A DNA stretch of 64,000 nt from Elsinoe ampelina (taxonomy: Eukaryota), in NCBI GenBank assembly GCA_010093995.1, contig ML992504.1, forward strand, positions 434,001 through 498,000, given 5' to 3'. The translations under genes and the position numbers were made by a program. Below the pieces are notes generated by a model. It ran no database searches. It was not told where the DNA came from and worked only from the letters and a program-made list of their open reading frames with translations. Each line of letters begins with the position of its first letter. Position 1 is the first letter of the stretch. Positions 1 to 15,158 of this stretch are shown piece by piece.

Positions 1-57
1 TGAGGTTTGCTATCAAATTTCCTTCTACGCTCGCTACTAACCTGTAATTGTTATCAG

Positions 58-381
58 CCAGCCCGCCACCTTTGTAGAATCCTCAGCGTCATCACCGTGT
101 CCGGAACGATGGATTCTGGCACAGAGGATCTCTCAGCATCTCAAAAGATTTTGGTCAAGTTCCACCGGATGCACGACGGCGACGAGGTCTGGTTTAAGAT
201 GAAACGCACTACCAAACTCGTGATGCTCTTTGAAGCATACTGCGAACACCGCGGTACACCTCTCCACCAGTGCCGCTTCATCTATTGGGGCAAGCAGATG
301 GAGCATAATCATACGCCAGAGGATTACTACATGCAGCATGAAAACACAATTCATGTCGTGCCCGGGCTGAGGGGATCGTGA
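58..381 (+). CDS. SUMO/Rad60-SLD-like ubiquitin-fold protein; probably the last exon, with the 5' end outside the window
   Basis: Translation 'KILVKFHRMHDGDEVWFKMKRTTKLVMLFEAYCEHRG...CRFIYWGKQM...TPEDYYM...NTIHVV' follows the SUMO pattern (FKIKRTT.L.KL..AYC...G......RF...G......TP..L.M.D.D.I). Candidate intron 5-57 (GT...TACTAAC...CAG) ends in frame; alternative ATG at 109. Confidence 0.75.
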   Translation, partial: PARHLCRILSVITVSGTMDSGTEDLSASQKILVKFHRMHDGDEVWFKMKRTTKLVMLFEAYCEHRGTPLHQCRFIYWGKQMEHNHTPEDYYMQHENTIHVVPGLRGS

Positions 382-1477
382 TGGTGGGAGGGCAGCCAAT
401 GCTCCTGGAAAGAGAGACCATCGAGAACTCATGCGCACAGGACGCCTCAAACTACGGTCACAAGGTAGGCGACGCTCATGCAAGAATCGAAGACTTCTGC
501 TCACACTTCCAGTCCCTGATTGCTCGGGATTTATCGTACTACTTCACCACGAGCTGCACAGGGATGATCAGTCAAATATGGTCGACCCGATAAAACGGCC
601 TTTGTAACTCCATCGAGCGGCCACTGGTGCATCACCATTGGCAGTCACGCATCCGAGGAGCCCAGGGAGGAAAAACACATCGAGTACCAGGTGGTCCCAT
701 AGCTTGGGGCTTCCCCTCAATCAAATGTCGAGATTTCATGGCAATGCATTCGGACAGTCAAAGAGAATACATATGATTGATCCACAACGTCGCTGAAGAG
801 ACCTGTTCCCATTGTAGATTTCTTGCTCGTCCACGCAGAGTCGCGTGCTTGGTTGACCAGCGTGGAGCAGAGCCGCATGACGCTGACTCAGCCAACCTGC
901 TACACTTCACGATCAGAGTCAGCGCTTCCAGGAGATAAGACTTACACGGGGCCCCGCAACAACATGCCACCCACCGGACGAGTATTCTTCCACTTAGAGT
1001 GAGATGATAAAGTCGACGACTCGTGTTTTGTATGGATATCGGCCCTTCTGCAGCCTGCCACGCTGGCTGACTGCGCGCTTCGACATCTCGACGGCCCCAA
1101 CTCATCATTTCACAGTAGGCTCAAACAGAGGCGCATAACTCAGAATGACAAAGCTCTCCTGGTTGGATGTGTTATTGACTGCTGAGCCTGCGGAAACCCT
1201 TGGCGCCTTCGCGTGTGAGGCTTGAGCTATCTAGGCGACGGTGGTATTTCGGTCACTCTTGTTTCATAAGCATCCCGCCGACATTTTGTGGTTGTACATG
1301 TCAAAATATGAGGTTTCGTGACGATTCAGGTAATACGACGTGAAAACTCGGTAGGTAATGCTATGCGACGAGCTCTTCTTATAAGTACTCGAGACGTATT
1401 CATGCTCAAACCTGCTCATCCACACTCACTCACACTCCTTCTTCACTGTCATTCGTTGAACCAAACTTCTATTCATC

Positions 1478-2268
1478 ATGAAGGTCGCATTGATTGCTCT
1501 TCTGGCCCAGGTGGCTTCAGCTCATTACTTCTTCGACAAGACCATCTACCAAGGCAAGGAATCTGCTACCAGCCAGTACATCCGAGCCTCCACCAGGGCC
1601 ACCAAGTACAACCCCATCAAGTTCTCCTCCAACCCAGCCGCCGACATCCGTGATGGCTCCACCATCGACGGCCCAGACGCCCGCTGCAACCAGGGCGCCT
1701 TCGCCAACGCAGGCCGCACCAACGTCCTCTCCGTCACCGCCGGGTCCTCCTTGACCGTCAAGCTCGCCGTCGGCGCCAAAATGCAGCACCCAGGTACGTC
1801 TCCCCCCCACCAACCCCTTCACCATAAACCCCAACTAACATCCCCCCAGGCCCCTCCCTCGCGTACATGTCCCGCGCCCCCAACGACAACGTCAAAACCT
1901 ACGACGGCTCGGGCAACTGGTTCAAAATCTACCAACAAGGCATCTGCAACGCCGGCGGCGACTTCACCATGGGCGCATGGTGCTCCTACAACAAGGACAC
2001 GATCAGCGCCACCATCCCCAAGAACACGCCCAACGGGGAGTACCTCGTTCGCTTTGAGCACATTGGCGTTCACCGCTCGCACGTCAACCAGCCTGAGCAT
2101 TACGTGGGCTGCGTGCAGATCAAGGTCACTGGTGGTGGCAATGGGAGCCCCGGGCCGATGGTGAAGTTTCCTGGGGCGTATAAGGCGACGGATGCTTATG
2201 CGAAGATGAACATCTATGTGGGGCCGAAGACGATTACGTTCCCTGGTCCAGCCGTCTGGTCTGGCTAA
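1478..2268 (+). CDS. AA9 (GH61) lytic polysaccharide monooxygenase, secreted; one intron at 1794-1849
   Basis: Signal peptide followed by His1 (ASA|HYFF); MQHPGP second His rebuilt across a GT...CTAAC...CAG intron; GNWFKI, GEYLVRFEHIGVH, EHYVGCVQI and C-terminal PGPAVW motifs. Confidence 0.95.
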
Positions 2269-3462
2269 AGCACACGCGCGAAAGCAGAGTAGGGGTGTCG
2301 ACGGGACCTCGTCCACGACAACCACGCGACTCAAAGACGCCACACGGTGTGTGTGGTAAGACCGAGTCTTCTCAGCGCAGGATCCGTGCGATACGTTCGC
2401 GCAGCTCGCCTTGCTGCTTGAGCATTCCTCTTCGAAAGTACCTATTTAGATGTCTTGAATTTTGAAGTTTTTCATCGCGCACATTCATGCACGCATCGAG
2501 TCTCACGAGCTTCTGCCAGTCGCACAGGAACTCATCGTCTTGCTTGGAGCAAACAAAAGCAGTGCCTTCCTAACGTTGCCCTCGCTCCCTCATCGCGTGC
2601 CACGGAGAATTCTTGTCTTCGACATGGACGGGATAGGTTGCAGAGATTGTTCGCACAGCCAGGGTCTCATCAGCCCTTAACACCATGATCTGGGGTCTCA
2701 CATGAGTCCTTCACACCAGGATCTTGTACGCACTTCGCCCAAACAGGTGACTGGAGGCGGCATGATGAAGTGGACAGATTTTGCGCGGAAGAGTTGCGTT
2801 CATGACTATGTCTGGATACGGCTTGTACTTGCTGGAAGTCACCGAGCTTTACGACGGATCATCTCGTGTGTGACGCAACTTTTGAAAGCTGTAACGAGTG
2901 TTGACGGAGATTATGCTTCAGAGGAGATGTGGTTTGGCTATCATTACCACTAGACCACTCCCACCAACCGAGCCCACCTGTCTGGATGAAGCGCCAGGGG
3001 CTGTCCCTCGGACTTCCTGGTTAATGTGGATCACGAGGTGGTCGCAGATCGATGCAAGCGAGGGAGATCAGACATGTCCCTTTAGATGAGCAGTGGAGAA
3101 GGACTTGTGGCGTATGCAGCTAAAGACAGATCGACAGGTACAAGGAAGGCAGGCCGGGCCCGGTGGGTCGCGATGAGCGTCTTGCGCTGGCTGGATATGC
3201 TGGCAGTCTGTGTAGTCGTAGTGGAATGTCATGAGGAAGTTCAGGAGAGCGATTGGAAAGAGGAAATTGACGAGTTATATATCAACTAAGAATTTAGAAT
3301 CTGCTATGCTCCCAGTAGCATTGATGTCGTCCTGAAGTAATCAGACTTAGTCGGTGTCGCACGAAGCTTGGTTATTCCGACAGGCTACGGCCTCTGCTCT
3401 GACCTGAGTTGCGAAGACACCCAGCGTCCATCCATACTCGGTCAAGATCTCAGTCAGTTCAT

Positions 3463-4147
3463 CTAAGCGCGTTCGATGAGGCCAGCGAGGAAGCGCACAG
3501 CAGCGTCCGCATCAGTGCCGTAGGTCAAGTGGCCGGCGGTGATGATGAGGGTGCCGAAGCAGACGGTATCAGAGATGTTGCAAAAGATTCTGGTCTGGCT
3601 GGGAGGGTAGTTGGGGATTCTTCCACCGTCTGTGTACTTGATCAGCACGCGCTGCTGCTCGTGAGAGTGAAAGGATCATACCTTGCAAGTTTCGAGTGTC
3701 ACCAAAAGTCACAGCACCGACGATCATGTTGCGAGTCGCAGAGTCGAGAGTCTCGAGGGCCTGGTGAGTGATAGCGGCCCCCTGAGAGTAGCCACCAACC
3801 ACGATCTTGGTGTTGGGGCAGCGTCCGGCGATGGATCGCAGCTTGGACTGCATGTCCCTGACGCCGGTGGGGTCAGCGTTATTCAAACCAAAGTTTGTCG
3901 CCAGCCTGGCGGGGTAGTCGACGCCTTGAGTGGCAGTGGAGAAGCGGCGCTTGAGCCCATCGGAGACTGGGGGCCCAATGATGGTGCCCATATTGCCGGC
4001 TTCGGTGGAGCCGCGAGCGAAGATGAAGGTCACTTCTCGGCAGGCACCATTGAGTTCGTTGGCGTTGATGCCGGTCTGACGTTTAACGAGGTCGGCTGGA
4101 GCGGCTACGGCGAGGCCAGTGAGTAGAGCGAGGGAGAAGAACTTCAT
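3463..4147 (-). CDS. Cutinase (CE5), secreted; one intron at 3630-3681
   Basis: Signal peptide [24 protein letters not shown] nucleophile motif; FCNISDTVC...AGHLTY (catalytic Asp/His) after splicing. Confidence 0.95.
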
Positions 4148-5553
4148 GGTAGCGACTTTGGAATGAGAGACTTGGATCTGGACTACTGGTATGACTGTGA
4201 CGTACTGCTGGTCTTTGGTAGAACATGGGCTCTTTACACTGCTTATATACACCCATTGACATTGTGAACCGCGGCATCTTCGCCCTCATGTCAGACTGAA
4301 GGTCATGCCTCGTCCAAGGCTTGACTCGTATCATGAATGGCAGCTTGGAGGAACACGGCATTCCCCCTTGTCACACTGCATTGTCCGATCGTGGGTTGGT
4401 GTTTGAGAGGATACAGTACCTTGCCAGCGCCTTCGAGTGCATTGAAACCTGGAAATTGCTCGGGTTATAACAGCCTCGGTCCATCTCTGCAAGGTGTAAG
4501 ATTGTTCTGATTGGATATTACGGCTCTTTCTGCACCATCACGTGAGCGGGAGAGGAGCAAGCCGTACCAGGGAAGGATGATGACTGCTTGGCAGGTTCCA
4601 ACGCCCTGCTTAAGCGATCGAAATCAGGGGGACCAACTGTTCCTGGACCGAGGCCTTCGGAGGTTCTCCACAATCTTTGAATTATTCAAAGATGTGGAGA
4701 TGCAGACCTGGCTTAGTTTCATGCGTCCTGAGAGGTTGCTATTCGGACCGACTGCGCTGGAGGCTTTTGTGGCTTCATCCCGAGGTCGTCCCCCATGGGG
4801 AGGTGCATCTCATTCGCTGAGAAGGCGTCCATCAGTACGATGGGGTACATGTACCCCGCGCAGACCTGCACGTGCGATAAGATCGTAATGCGGCGTTTGT
4901 GGGCGTCAATGAAAGGTGCAGAGCGTGGGGAGGTGCGGTGAGGCGGCAGCCACTCTTGGCTTGCCAAGCCAGCGGACCAAATTCAAGCAAAGCTCAAGCG
5001 TTCTTGTGATGCCCACGCTCAGGCTATTTGGATATCCTAAACATTGCTATTCTTTTCAATGTCCTTGAATGTCGATAAGATGATGTTGTCGATCTTGAAA
5101 CGCATAGAACCAAAGAATACATGGAGAAAAGACTTCCACAAAGGGATGCACGCGCGGCCACCAACATGCTTGGCGTGTTTCCCACCCCCACCCTCCCCGG
5201 AAGAATTGACGTCTTTAACCACCGCTGAAAAGCATACAAAAGATATTGATTCCACATACCGAGGCTCAACATACGATCCCAAAGCTGTCACTCATGCAGG
5301 TAGTCACATGGCTACGAAGGAAACCATTCCTGCAAGCAACAATACCCTCCGTCGACGTGGTGTCAAGCTTGTCTGACTCGAGATCTGATCAAAATGACAT
5401 TGAACTTTTCTTAGTGGGTAGCGCTGTCGATTTTGCTGGTGAGATGCTCGAGAACGCATGCGATTCTCTCAGCCTCTTTGTGTTCCTTCCTCACTTCGTT
5501 GGCGGGTCGTGCTGGCAAACCAACCCTTTGGACCGGGCCTCGGAGTTTCCCTC

Positions 5554-6961
5554 TCATGCCTTCGCTGCATCATTCGATACTGCCTTGGCATCTGTCGGCG
5601 TTGCTGTCGGCATTGACACCGGACCTCCAGGCGAGTCATCGTCAGCAGCGGTGAGGATCTCCACCCCTGTTTCTGTCACTAGCAGCGTATGCTCTGGCCT
5701 CGGTCAGCACGGGCTGGTAAAGCATTTTGGACAGCACCTACCGAATTGAGCGGTCCTCTTCCCATCCACCGTGGTATTTGTCCAATTATCCGGCCAGTAC
5801 ACCTCCTTCGGCTTACCCAACGTCAAGATCGGTTCGATCGTGAAGCACATACCAGGCTTGCACACCCCAACTGCCTTGTTCTTTGCATAATGCGGAATCC
5901 ATGGCGGTGGATGAAACTCAGTATGGATGCCATGACCGCCCCAAGTGGTAATGACACTGCAACCTTTGGACTTGGCATACTTTTCAATGGCAATTCCGAA
6001 ATCTCGTATCGGAGTGCCAGGCTTGACCAGCCTGATGGCGACGTCCAGAGCTTCTCTGGTGGTCTCGATGATCTTGACAGAGTCCGGGTCAGCCTTGGCT
6101 CGTTCACCGACATAGTAGGTCTGGTTGACATCGGAGTGGTAGCCTTCGTGGTAGAGTGAGATGTCGAGGTTGATAATGTCGCCGTCCAGAAGTATCCGCT
6201 GATCCGGGATGCCATGGCAGACTACCTCATTGGGAGAGGTGCACAGAGACTTGGGAAAGTGGTTGTAGTTGAGTGGGGACGGATAGGACTGTGTACGTCA
6301 ACAAGAGCATATGTGAATGACGGAGTTGAATACTTTTCGTTCCACGCATGCCTTGTGGCACACCTCGTCCAGGTAATCCGTGGTCACACCGGGCTTGACT
6401 TCTGCGGCAACGATATCGAGAACTTCTCGGGCATACTTGCACACCTTCCGCATAGCTTGCTGAGCTTTCGCATCGAGTATGTCGATCTTTGCTCGGTTGA
6501 GCTTCCGCTCAGCTTTCGGTATGCCAGTGACAGCCCAGTCAGGATGTGGTATGGACTTTGGTACTTCCCTTCTCGGTGACAGAGGGTAAACAGGTCGTAC
6601 AGAGCCCGTGTATGAGTAGGTGGGGAACGGATTGAACAGACCAGGTACTTCTCAATTTAGCGCTTTGCTATGGTGGGTGTCCAAACAACATACCTTTATT
6701 GGTGCCACTTTGCTGTACTGCTTTGTGTATGATGTGGATGGTCTTGTGGTCATTCTATTTCGATCATCAATGAAGAGGAAACGCTTGCGTGTGACAAGCT
6801 GTATGTACCCAATTTCGTTTGAAGCAGTCTTGGGCACAGAAGAAGCTGTCATTGACACCTAGCTTGAGGCAAGTCGGGCACTGCAATGCTCCGGCATCAT
6901 TGCTGCAATCAGCACCCAGGCATTTTCGCTTTGCCGGAGGTGCTGCCACATCGTTAGCCAT
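5554..6961 (-). CDS. MAP1: Methionine aminopeptidase type 1 with N-terminal zinc finger; several introns
   Basis: N-terminus 'RKCLGADCSNDAGALQCPTCLKLG..DSFFCAQDCFKRNW'; C-terminus 'WPDNWTNTTVDGKRTAQF|EHTLLVTETGVEILTA'; stop TGA at 5554-5556. Internal exon borders not all resolved. Confidence 0.93.
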
Positions 6962-7232
6962 GATGGTCCTTCCGGAAATCGATGCTGAGATTTCTGTGAA
7001 GATAAGAGAGCGTCCTGCCCAATCTTGCAGGTTGCGTGCCCCCTATACAGCAGTTTGTTGCAAACACCTTTGTTCAAGTCAATCCTTCCAGCTGTGCTGA
7101 CTGATTGGTCAATCACTTTGCAATCTAACCGCTTTCAGTAGAAAGGGAACACCAGGCCATCTGAAGGTGACGCACACCGCTCACTTCTTCATCAACATCA
7201 CCGCATAGACTGTCCTGCCATATGTACATGAA

Positions 7233-8734
<1,502 letters not shown>

Positions 8735-9125
8735 TCGGTTCCTTCCGATGAACACTGTTTCTCTGCTGTGCTATTGTGTTTTCAGTTCAATCTTGACCCT
8801 CGCTTTGTGCTTTTTTCAAGACCAAATATACGTCACTCCTCTGCGTAGGAACATAGGACATATATAACTACACCTCATCTGTTCACGTGCTATGGGTTTC
8901 AGCTCGGCATGACTTTTCACGGGAAAGCATTCGTGCGACAATAATCTTACCAAGATGTGATGATATCTTGATCCGGCGAGTGGGAAGCCCCGCGACACCT
9001 GGAATCTCGCTGTTGAGTCATGCTCATCTGATCGAGCGAGTAGGCCCGCAGTAACGCTTTGATGCTGTGTATCGATGGCGGTGTAAATCATTATAAGCGT
9101 CTCCTTTCCTGCTATCCAAGATCTA

Positions 9126-9922
9126 TCAGTGGTTTCCTTGATCCTGCAATTGTGGGTCTTCGCTCTGGCTGCCCTCAACCTCGTCCTTCGCATCCTCACC
9201 TTCCTCGCTTCGGAAGCTAGTCTCCTCCAAAGCATTCTCAAGGAGCTTCACCATATTCCAATGTTTCCTCGCTCTTGCTGCTTCAAGTGCGTTGGTTATA
9301 CTGTCACGACGGGGTCTAAATTCCAGGAATATCTCAGCGAACGGCAAGAGACCACGTCGTGCCACAGCATGAAGACCATTGCGCCCATTCCGCCAAGGAG
9401 CGTCCACATCTACGCCCTGGTCTAGCAAGAGCCTGAAGAGTAAGCAGGTCGTTCGTACATCTTTACCACGCCAGCTGTACAGATCATCTTCCATCGCAAT
9501 TTGAAGGGGATGACCGAGGAACCCGGGATTGCCCGGGCTCACAAATTGGTCATGAATGTTAGCACCATGCGAGAGTAGCAACTGTGCGGTTTGCGGTTTC
9601 CCTAGTCTAATCGCCCTGAAGAGAGGCGAGTCTTGCTGACTCGCCACATGTGGATTTGGGTTTGCTCCATGATCCAGCAACAATCGTATGACGACCGATC
9701 CGTCCTGTAGTCTCGATACTGCACGTCCCAGGGCATCTGCGCGTCCATACTTCGAGCTTTCTGGGACATAAGCCTCTGCTCCGTGATCAAGCAACTTACG
9801 GACAACTGCTTCACATTGCGGATCGGCTACAACCTCGTCGAGATCTGGACCATTAAAGACTATACTTTCCAGAGCACAATCCAAAGCATTTAAAGAATCC
9901 TCATTCGTGAAATTGATACTTG
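9126..9922 (-). pseudogene. Detached 3' end (terminal ankyrin repeats and original stop codon) of the NLR gene that starts at 52859
   Basis: Open ankyrin-repeat frame (LLLDHGANPN, SPLFRAIRLG..TAQLLLSHGANI, NGLHAVARRG) begins abruptly at a hAT TIR and joins in frame with 42168-42436. Confidence 0.9.
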
Positions 9923-12900
9923 CAGACTGGTCCACAAACAAACAATCAAATATTGGCGGCTTTATTTGCTTGTTTATAAGGCTAGTAAGGAGTTGTTTGT
10001 TTAAATGACTATATAAAGCTATTTATCTAGATTGTTTATTCTGTTTGCTCGTCATTATCGTTGCTAAGCTACGTAACTTCCTTGCTACCTTTAATGCTAT
10101 TAAAGAGGCTAGAGTTAAGCGTAATAAGGCTAGTGTTAATCTAGCTCTTAAGGCTTATTAGCTACTCGATAGTGCTACTGTTTAATAACCTCTGTCGGCT
10201 TAATATAGCATCTCTAGCTTAGCTAAAGAGGCGCTCTAGTGCATCTAACATAGCTAGCACTATAAAGATATCTAATGCTATAGTAGAGAGCCTTAGCTAG
10301 TGCTATCGATTAGCCCACTAGTAAGGCACTAGTAAGTCCTTAATTGTTAGTGTTAATTAATAGCCTTCTATAAGATATTAGCTAAGTTCGTTAAGCTCGT
10401 TAATCTCTTTATTATTACTAAACTAGTTAGCTATAATACTAAAGAATTAAGCCTTATAAGGGGGAATATATAGCTATACTTAATATTAACTCTAGAGGCT
10501 ATAAAAGGAGGCCTTTAAGGCTATTATCTAAGGCTAAGACTAGCGTTATTTAAGATATAACTACTTTAGCTAAGAATAGAGTAGTTAGTAGGTAGTAGGT
10601 ATTCTACTACGGGTAGGGTAGAGTATTATTTCTTAGCATAGTAGGTATAGGTTAGGTAGAGTATTCTTAGTAGTAGGTATAGTAAGAGTTAGGTAGTAGG
10701 TATTTTATATACCTAAATACCCTACCTACTATAACCTACGCCTGTACGTAGGTAGGTATTACGTAAGTAATAGAAGCTTCTCTTAATTCTCTAATATAAG
10801 ACATTATATAGAATTTAAAATCAGAAAGGACAGTAATAATTATAGTCTCTAATTATAGCATCTTATATGCTTAGTTGTTGTATTTATAAATAGTTCTATT
10901 CTATACCCTTATAGATAATCTTATATACTTTACTAGAGGCTTGTTATTATTAATATTATTATTATTCTCCTCGTAATTACTTAGAACAAAGTTACTCTCT
11001 TAAGAAGGTAGCTTAAGTAGGTTATTTACCTCGTCTATAGTAGTATCTTTATAACTACTATTAATAGTATCTTAATAACTACTAGTAATAATATTACTAC
11101 TTAATAAAGAGAGACTTGTTATAAGCTTTATAATAACAAGCTACTAGATAGTTTATATAGTAAGCTAGTGTCTTCTATTACTAATAATATTCTTTACTAT
11201 ATTAAAGACATATTTAACACCTACGCTAGCTATTAGTATAGTAAGGATATTATAAGCGACTTTAGCAAGCTATAGAAACTTCTTCTTATTAGTCTTCTAC
11301 TAATTAAGCAACTTAAATTTAGTCCCTAGTTAAATTCGGACAGGAGGGATATTAAGGTAATTCTTACTTTCTTAATGTATAGTTTATCTCTTCTCCTCTT
11401 ATTCTAGAGATATAGACCCTATACTAGATTAGAAGCTAAAGCTAGTCTACGGGGAGGTAATCTATATAGGTACCCGAGGTTAACGGAACTAATTCTCTTT
11501 ATTATTAGACAAGATTATAGCGTTAAGGGTTTTAGGTTAACTTAATAGTAATTTACTATTATAATAACTAAGGTAGTTAAGGAACTACTTATAATACTTC
11601 CCCTTATTAGTTTTAGCCTAGGTCTCGTCCTATATTACTATTAGCTTTACTATAATAATATATCTATAAGCTATAAACCTTATAGAGAGTTAGCTTTTAT
11701 AAAGGGTCGAGAATAGTGCTATAATTAAAGAGGTAACCCCTCTTATTATTAGTGTAAGAATAGTACTTTAATAGTTTATCTTAACTATGTTACGCTACCC
11801 TTCTAACTACTATAGGCTAACGCTTCTTATTATTCTTCTCCTCGCCTATAATACTATTCTTAATTATATTAAGAAAGTCGAATAGTTAATTATATATTAT
11901 TTAGATATATAAGATCTATAGGCGGCTAATAGTACTTAGAGAGGTAGTTACTTCCTTAAAGTTCTTAAGCATTTTTATAACTAGCTTAAGGTAATTCTAT
12001 TCTATACTATTAAGATAAAGACGCTTAAGATCCTTATAGTTTAAATTACTAGTGTTATTACTAACTAAGTTAGATCTAGCACTAGTAGAGCCTTTTAGTA
12101 CAATTTCCTGCTTAAGCTATTTATTAATAAATAGCCTAAGCTCGAGACTATACTTATATATATTAAAGGTTAAGTTCTACTACGTCTTAATATCTTAAAT
12201 AATAACCTTACGCTCTCGAGGCGTTATAGTTTATTAGAGGTTAATAAACCTCTTAAACCGTTAAGGTAATTAGTTAATAGCAATATAAGTTATACAAAGC
12301 TAGTAATTTATTAAACTATAATTAGAAACTGTAATTAGAAAGCTATTTTCTAAAGTAAGTTTAGTACTAAGAGTTTAGTAGAGATATCTTTTAAGTGCTA
12401 TCTTTTAAGCCTAGTAGCCTACTCTTCTTCCTTAGTAGTCTAAAGGTTAAGGTACTTAATAATGTCTTATATAACTAGGTTAATAATATATATAAGACAT
12501 AGAATAGTATTCTCTTATAAGTCCTATATAATACCTATCTATCTTAGAAGCTTATATATAGTCTTATATAACGTACAATTGTTGCTTATATTGTCTATAG
12601 TAATTACTAGAAGCCGGTCCTAGAGATTGTACTACTAGAGTACCTATATAAGCTTAGTAGCTATATTCTACCCTATATATTAACTACGAAGTAGTACTAT
12701 ATCTAATAGTTATTCCCGGAGCTACTATTAGTCGTTAATGTAATAAGCTTTAATTGTAATAAAGCCTAAGTAGTTGTTAGTAGACTAGCTATTAAGTACA
12801 ATTAAAATCTTTATAGTCTTATTAAGATTCTATAATAAGCTTTTATAGAGAGTCTTAAATTTGTTAACAAAGAGTATAGCGAAATAACTACGGCTTAGTA

Positions 12901-13064
12901 TAAGTGCTCCCGGGTGTAAGAACTATATAAACTATTAAAATAATAGTTGCTTAATAGTGTAGAAGGACTAATTACAGTTAATACGTTACGAAAGTCCTAA
13001 GCGTAGAGAGTTAGAATATTAGGTTTCTCCGTATTAAACTAAGTTTAACTATGTTAGGTCGCTA

Positions 13065-13136
13065 TAAACGTACCGCACCTACCTAAATTTAGTTAAACGT
13101 ACCGTACCTACCTAATTTTAGTTAAACGCACCGTAC
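13065..13136 (+). repeat. 29-bp subterminal tandem repeat, ~2.5 copies (TAAACGTACCGYACCTACCTAAWTTTAGT)
   Basis: Directly visible, ~80 bp inside the left TIR of the Plavaka element. Confidence 0.85.
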
Positions 13137-15097
13137 GTGCTATAGATTAGATAAACGCTCTACTTGCCGCGACTAGAATAGATATAAAAATCAATAAGTA
13201 TCTTCTAGAGAGGGCCCTCTAAGCTAGTATTATTATAGATCTTGTCTACTAGATAGAGGAGAAGTATATACTCTACATTATCGAAGCTTAGTATAGAAGT
13301 ACTTTCGCTATAATAGGAAAGTAGACATTGTATACCTTATTCTCTAGCTTACGACATAAAACTCTAAACTAACACATACTTATTCTAACTCTATTTTATT
13401 GTCTCTACTTAGTTATCTATTAAGGTGTTAGATGTCTCTAAAGATAAGCACTTTCGCGCAACTATATAGCTAGTAACAAAGGTTAATACTAACGAAAAGC
13501 GCCTCTATTACTCTATAGCCTATAAGTTCTACTATCTAGCGGCCTATATCGTCGATAATATAAAACAAGCTTATAGAGGGGCGTTTATAACTTAGGCTCG
13601 TAGATGTAAGGAAGCTTTTCCCGAGAAGGACTTAATTATTATAGCTAAGTATAGTTATAACATCGAGTATAAATACCTATAGACCTGTTCTAGTACTTAG
13701 AAGTCGTTAGTAACGTTAGAAGAGAATAATAATAGAAGCTAGATATACTACGTTAATAGTGGCTATAGTAGCGAGGCTATAGCCTATTCTAAGAAGATTA
13801 ATACTAATACGGACAGGTATAGGAAATGTAATAGATATTTAGTTTAGGCTAAGCTAATTCCTCGTCTACTAACATAGAATAGTATACCTACTAGAAGGAT
13901 AATTCTAGAGCTACGAAAGACTACCTAGAAAAGTAAGGTCTAATAGACATTAGTATAGTATCTAAGTAGCCCCGGAGATAGTACTAAGGATATAGTAGTC
14001 TAAATAATAGCTCGAAGGCGAATATAGTAGAGAAGTAAACGCTCTTTCTAGGAAGTTTAAGATCTACTCTAACTACCTATCTATAAGGTTATTAGTAAGG
14101 AGGTAATTAGTAAGGATAAGAGGCTCCTTCTACTTCTTACTCTTCTTCTCTACCTTGCCGAGCTTAATGCTAGTATAGCTATAGATACTAGCGAAGGTAG
14201 AGGTAGTATACTTCTTACCTTACTAGCTCTCGGCGCTAGTTATAGCAGTCGTCGGAGAGGTAATAGAGGCAGTATCTAGGTTAAGATCGTAGCACTTTAT
14301 TGCTATATATTAAAGATAAGGTTACTCTAACGCGTACTAAGCTTCTAGTAATAACTTATAGTTGTAGCTATATATAAGTAATAGTAGTTACAGAGGGAGC
14401 AGTAGTAGTAGCTTTAGTTATAGTATACCTTACTATAGCGGAGAGTAAGGAGAAAGGTATAGGGGAGAAAGGGAATATCCCTCTCTTAGAGGTAGGTATA
14501 ATAACACTTTTTCCTACTATATTCCGCTACTCTACTATTACTACTACTAAGTAGTAGTTGCAGTAATAGCGCGTGTAGGATAATCTAGTATATAATCTTA
14601 TAGATAGGATTTGTCGTATATATATTATATACTAATAATCTTATAAGGAAATACTTATAACTTACATAGATACGAAGGAGGCTTTAGAGGACAAGGAAGA
14701 GGCTACTTACTATACTAAAGAGTAGCTTCTTCCTCGACTCGTTTTCTACGTATAGTATATATATAGAGATTAATAAGAATGTTCCCTAGCGAGTCTTCTA
14801 AGCTAGTGTTATTATAGATCTTATCTATTAGATAGAAAGGAATAAGTCCTTAGTAACTGCTCTAGTAGCATTAAGTAGATCCCTACGATATAATAGCGAA
14901 TAGAGTAAAGCGCTATTATCTATATTAGAGTCTTATTAGTAAACTTATTATAGAGAATAAACTTTCCTCTTAGACTACTAACTCCGTTAGTAAAACTAAC
15001 TTAAAGATAACTTACTAACCTAAGCCTTTTACTACTATCGCTAAATACTTAGGGTATGTCTTAAGTATCTTAAAGACTAACTTCTATAATGCCTCGC

Positions 15098-15158
15098 TAT
15101 AATTTCCTAAGCTATTATAATTTCCTAAGCTATTATAATTTCCTAAGCTATTATAATT
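15098..15158 (+). repeat. 18-bp tandem repeat, 3.4 copies (TATAATTTCCTAAGCTAT)
   Basis: Perfect copies directly visible; the unit is a multiple of 3, so it may once have been coding. Confidence 0.9.

Noticed and set aside
2270..3300. Degenerate minus-strand coding relic between the LPMO and the cutinase
   Set aside because: A frame with two internal stops and a TATA-like element is visible, but no recognisable domain; unsupported without a search.
4500..6600. Plus-strand ORFs at 4511, 5044, 5246, 5689 and 6214
   Set aside because: No recognisable motifs; antisense shadows of MAP1 or intergenic chance ORFs.
9126..9941. Stand-alone 271-aa ankyrin gene
   Set aside because: Its non-ATG start and first residues (MFVDQS) come from the hAT TIR; it is the severed 3' end of the NLR.
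13065..15158. CRISPR-like array
   Set aside because: Eukaryotic context; tandem repeats without unique spacers.
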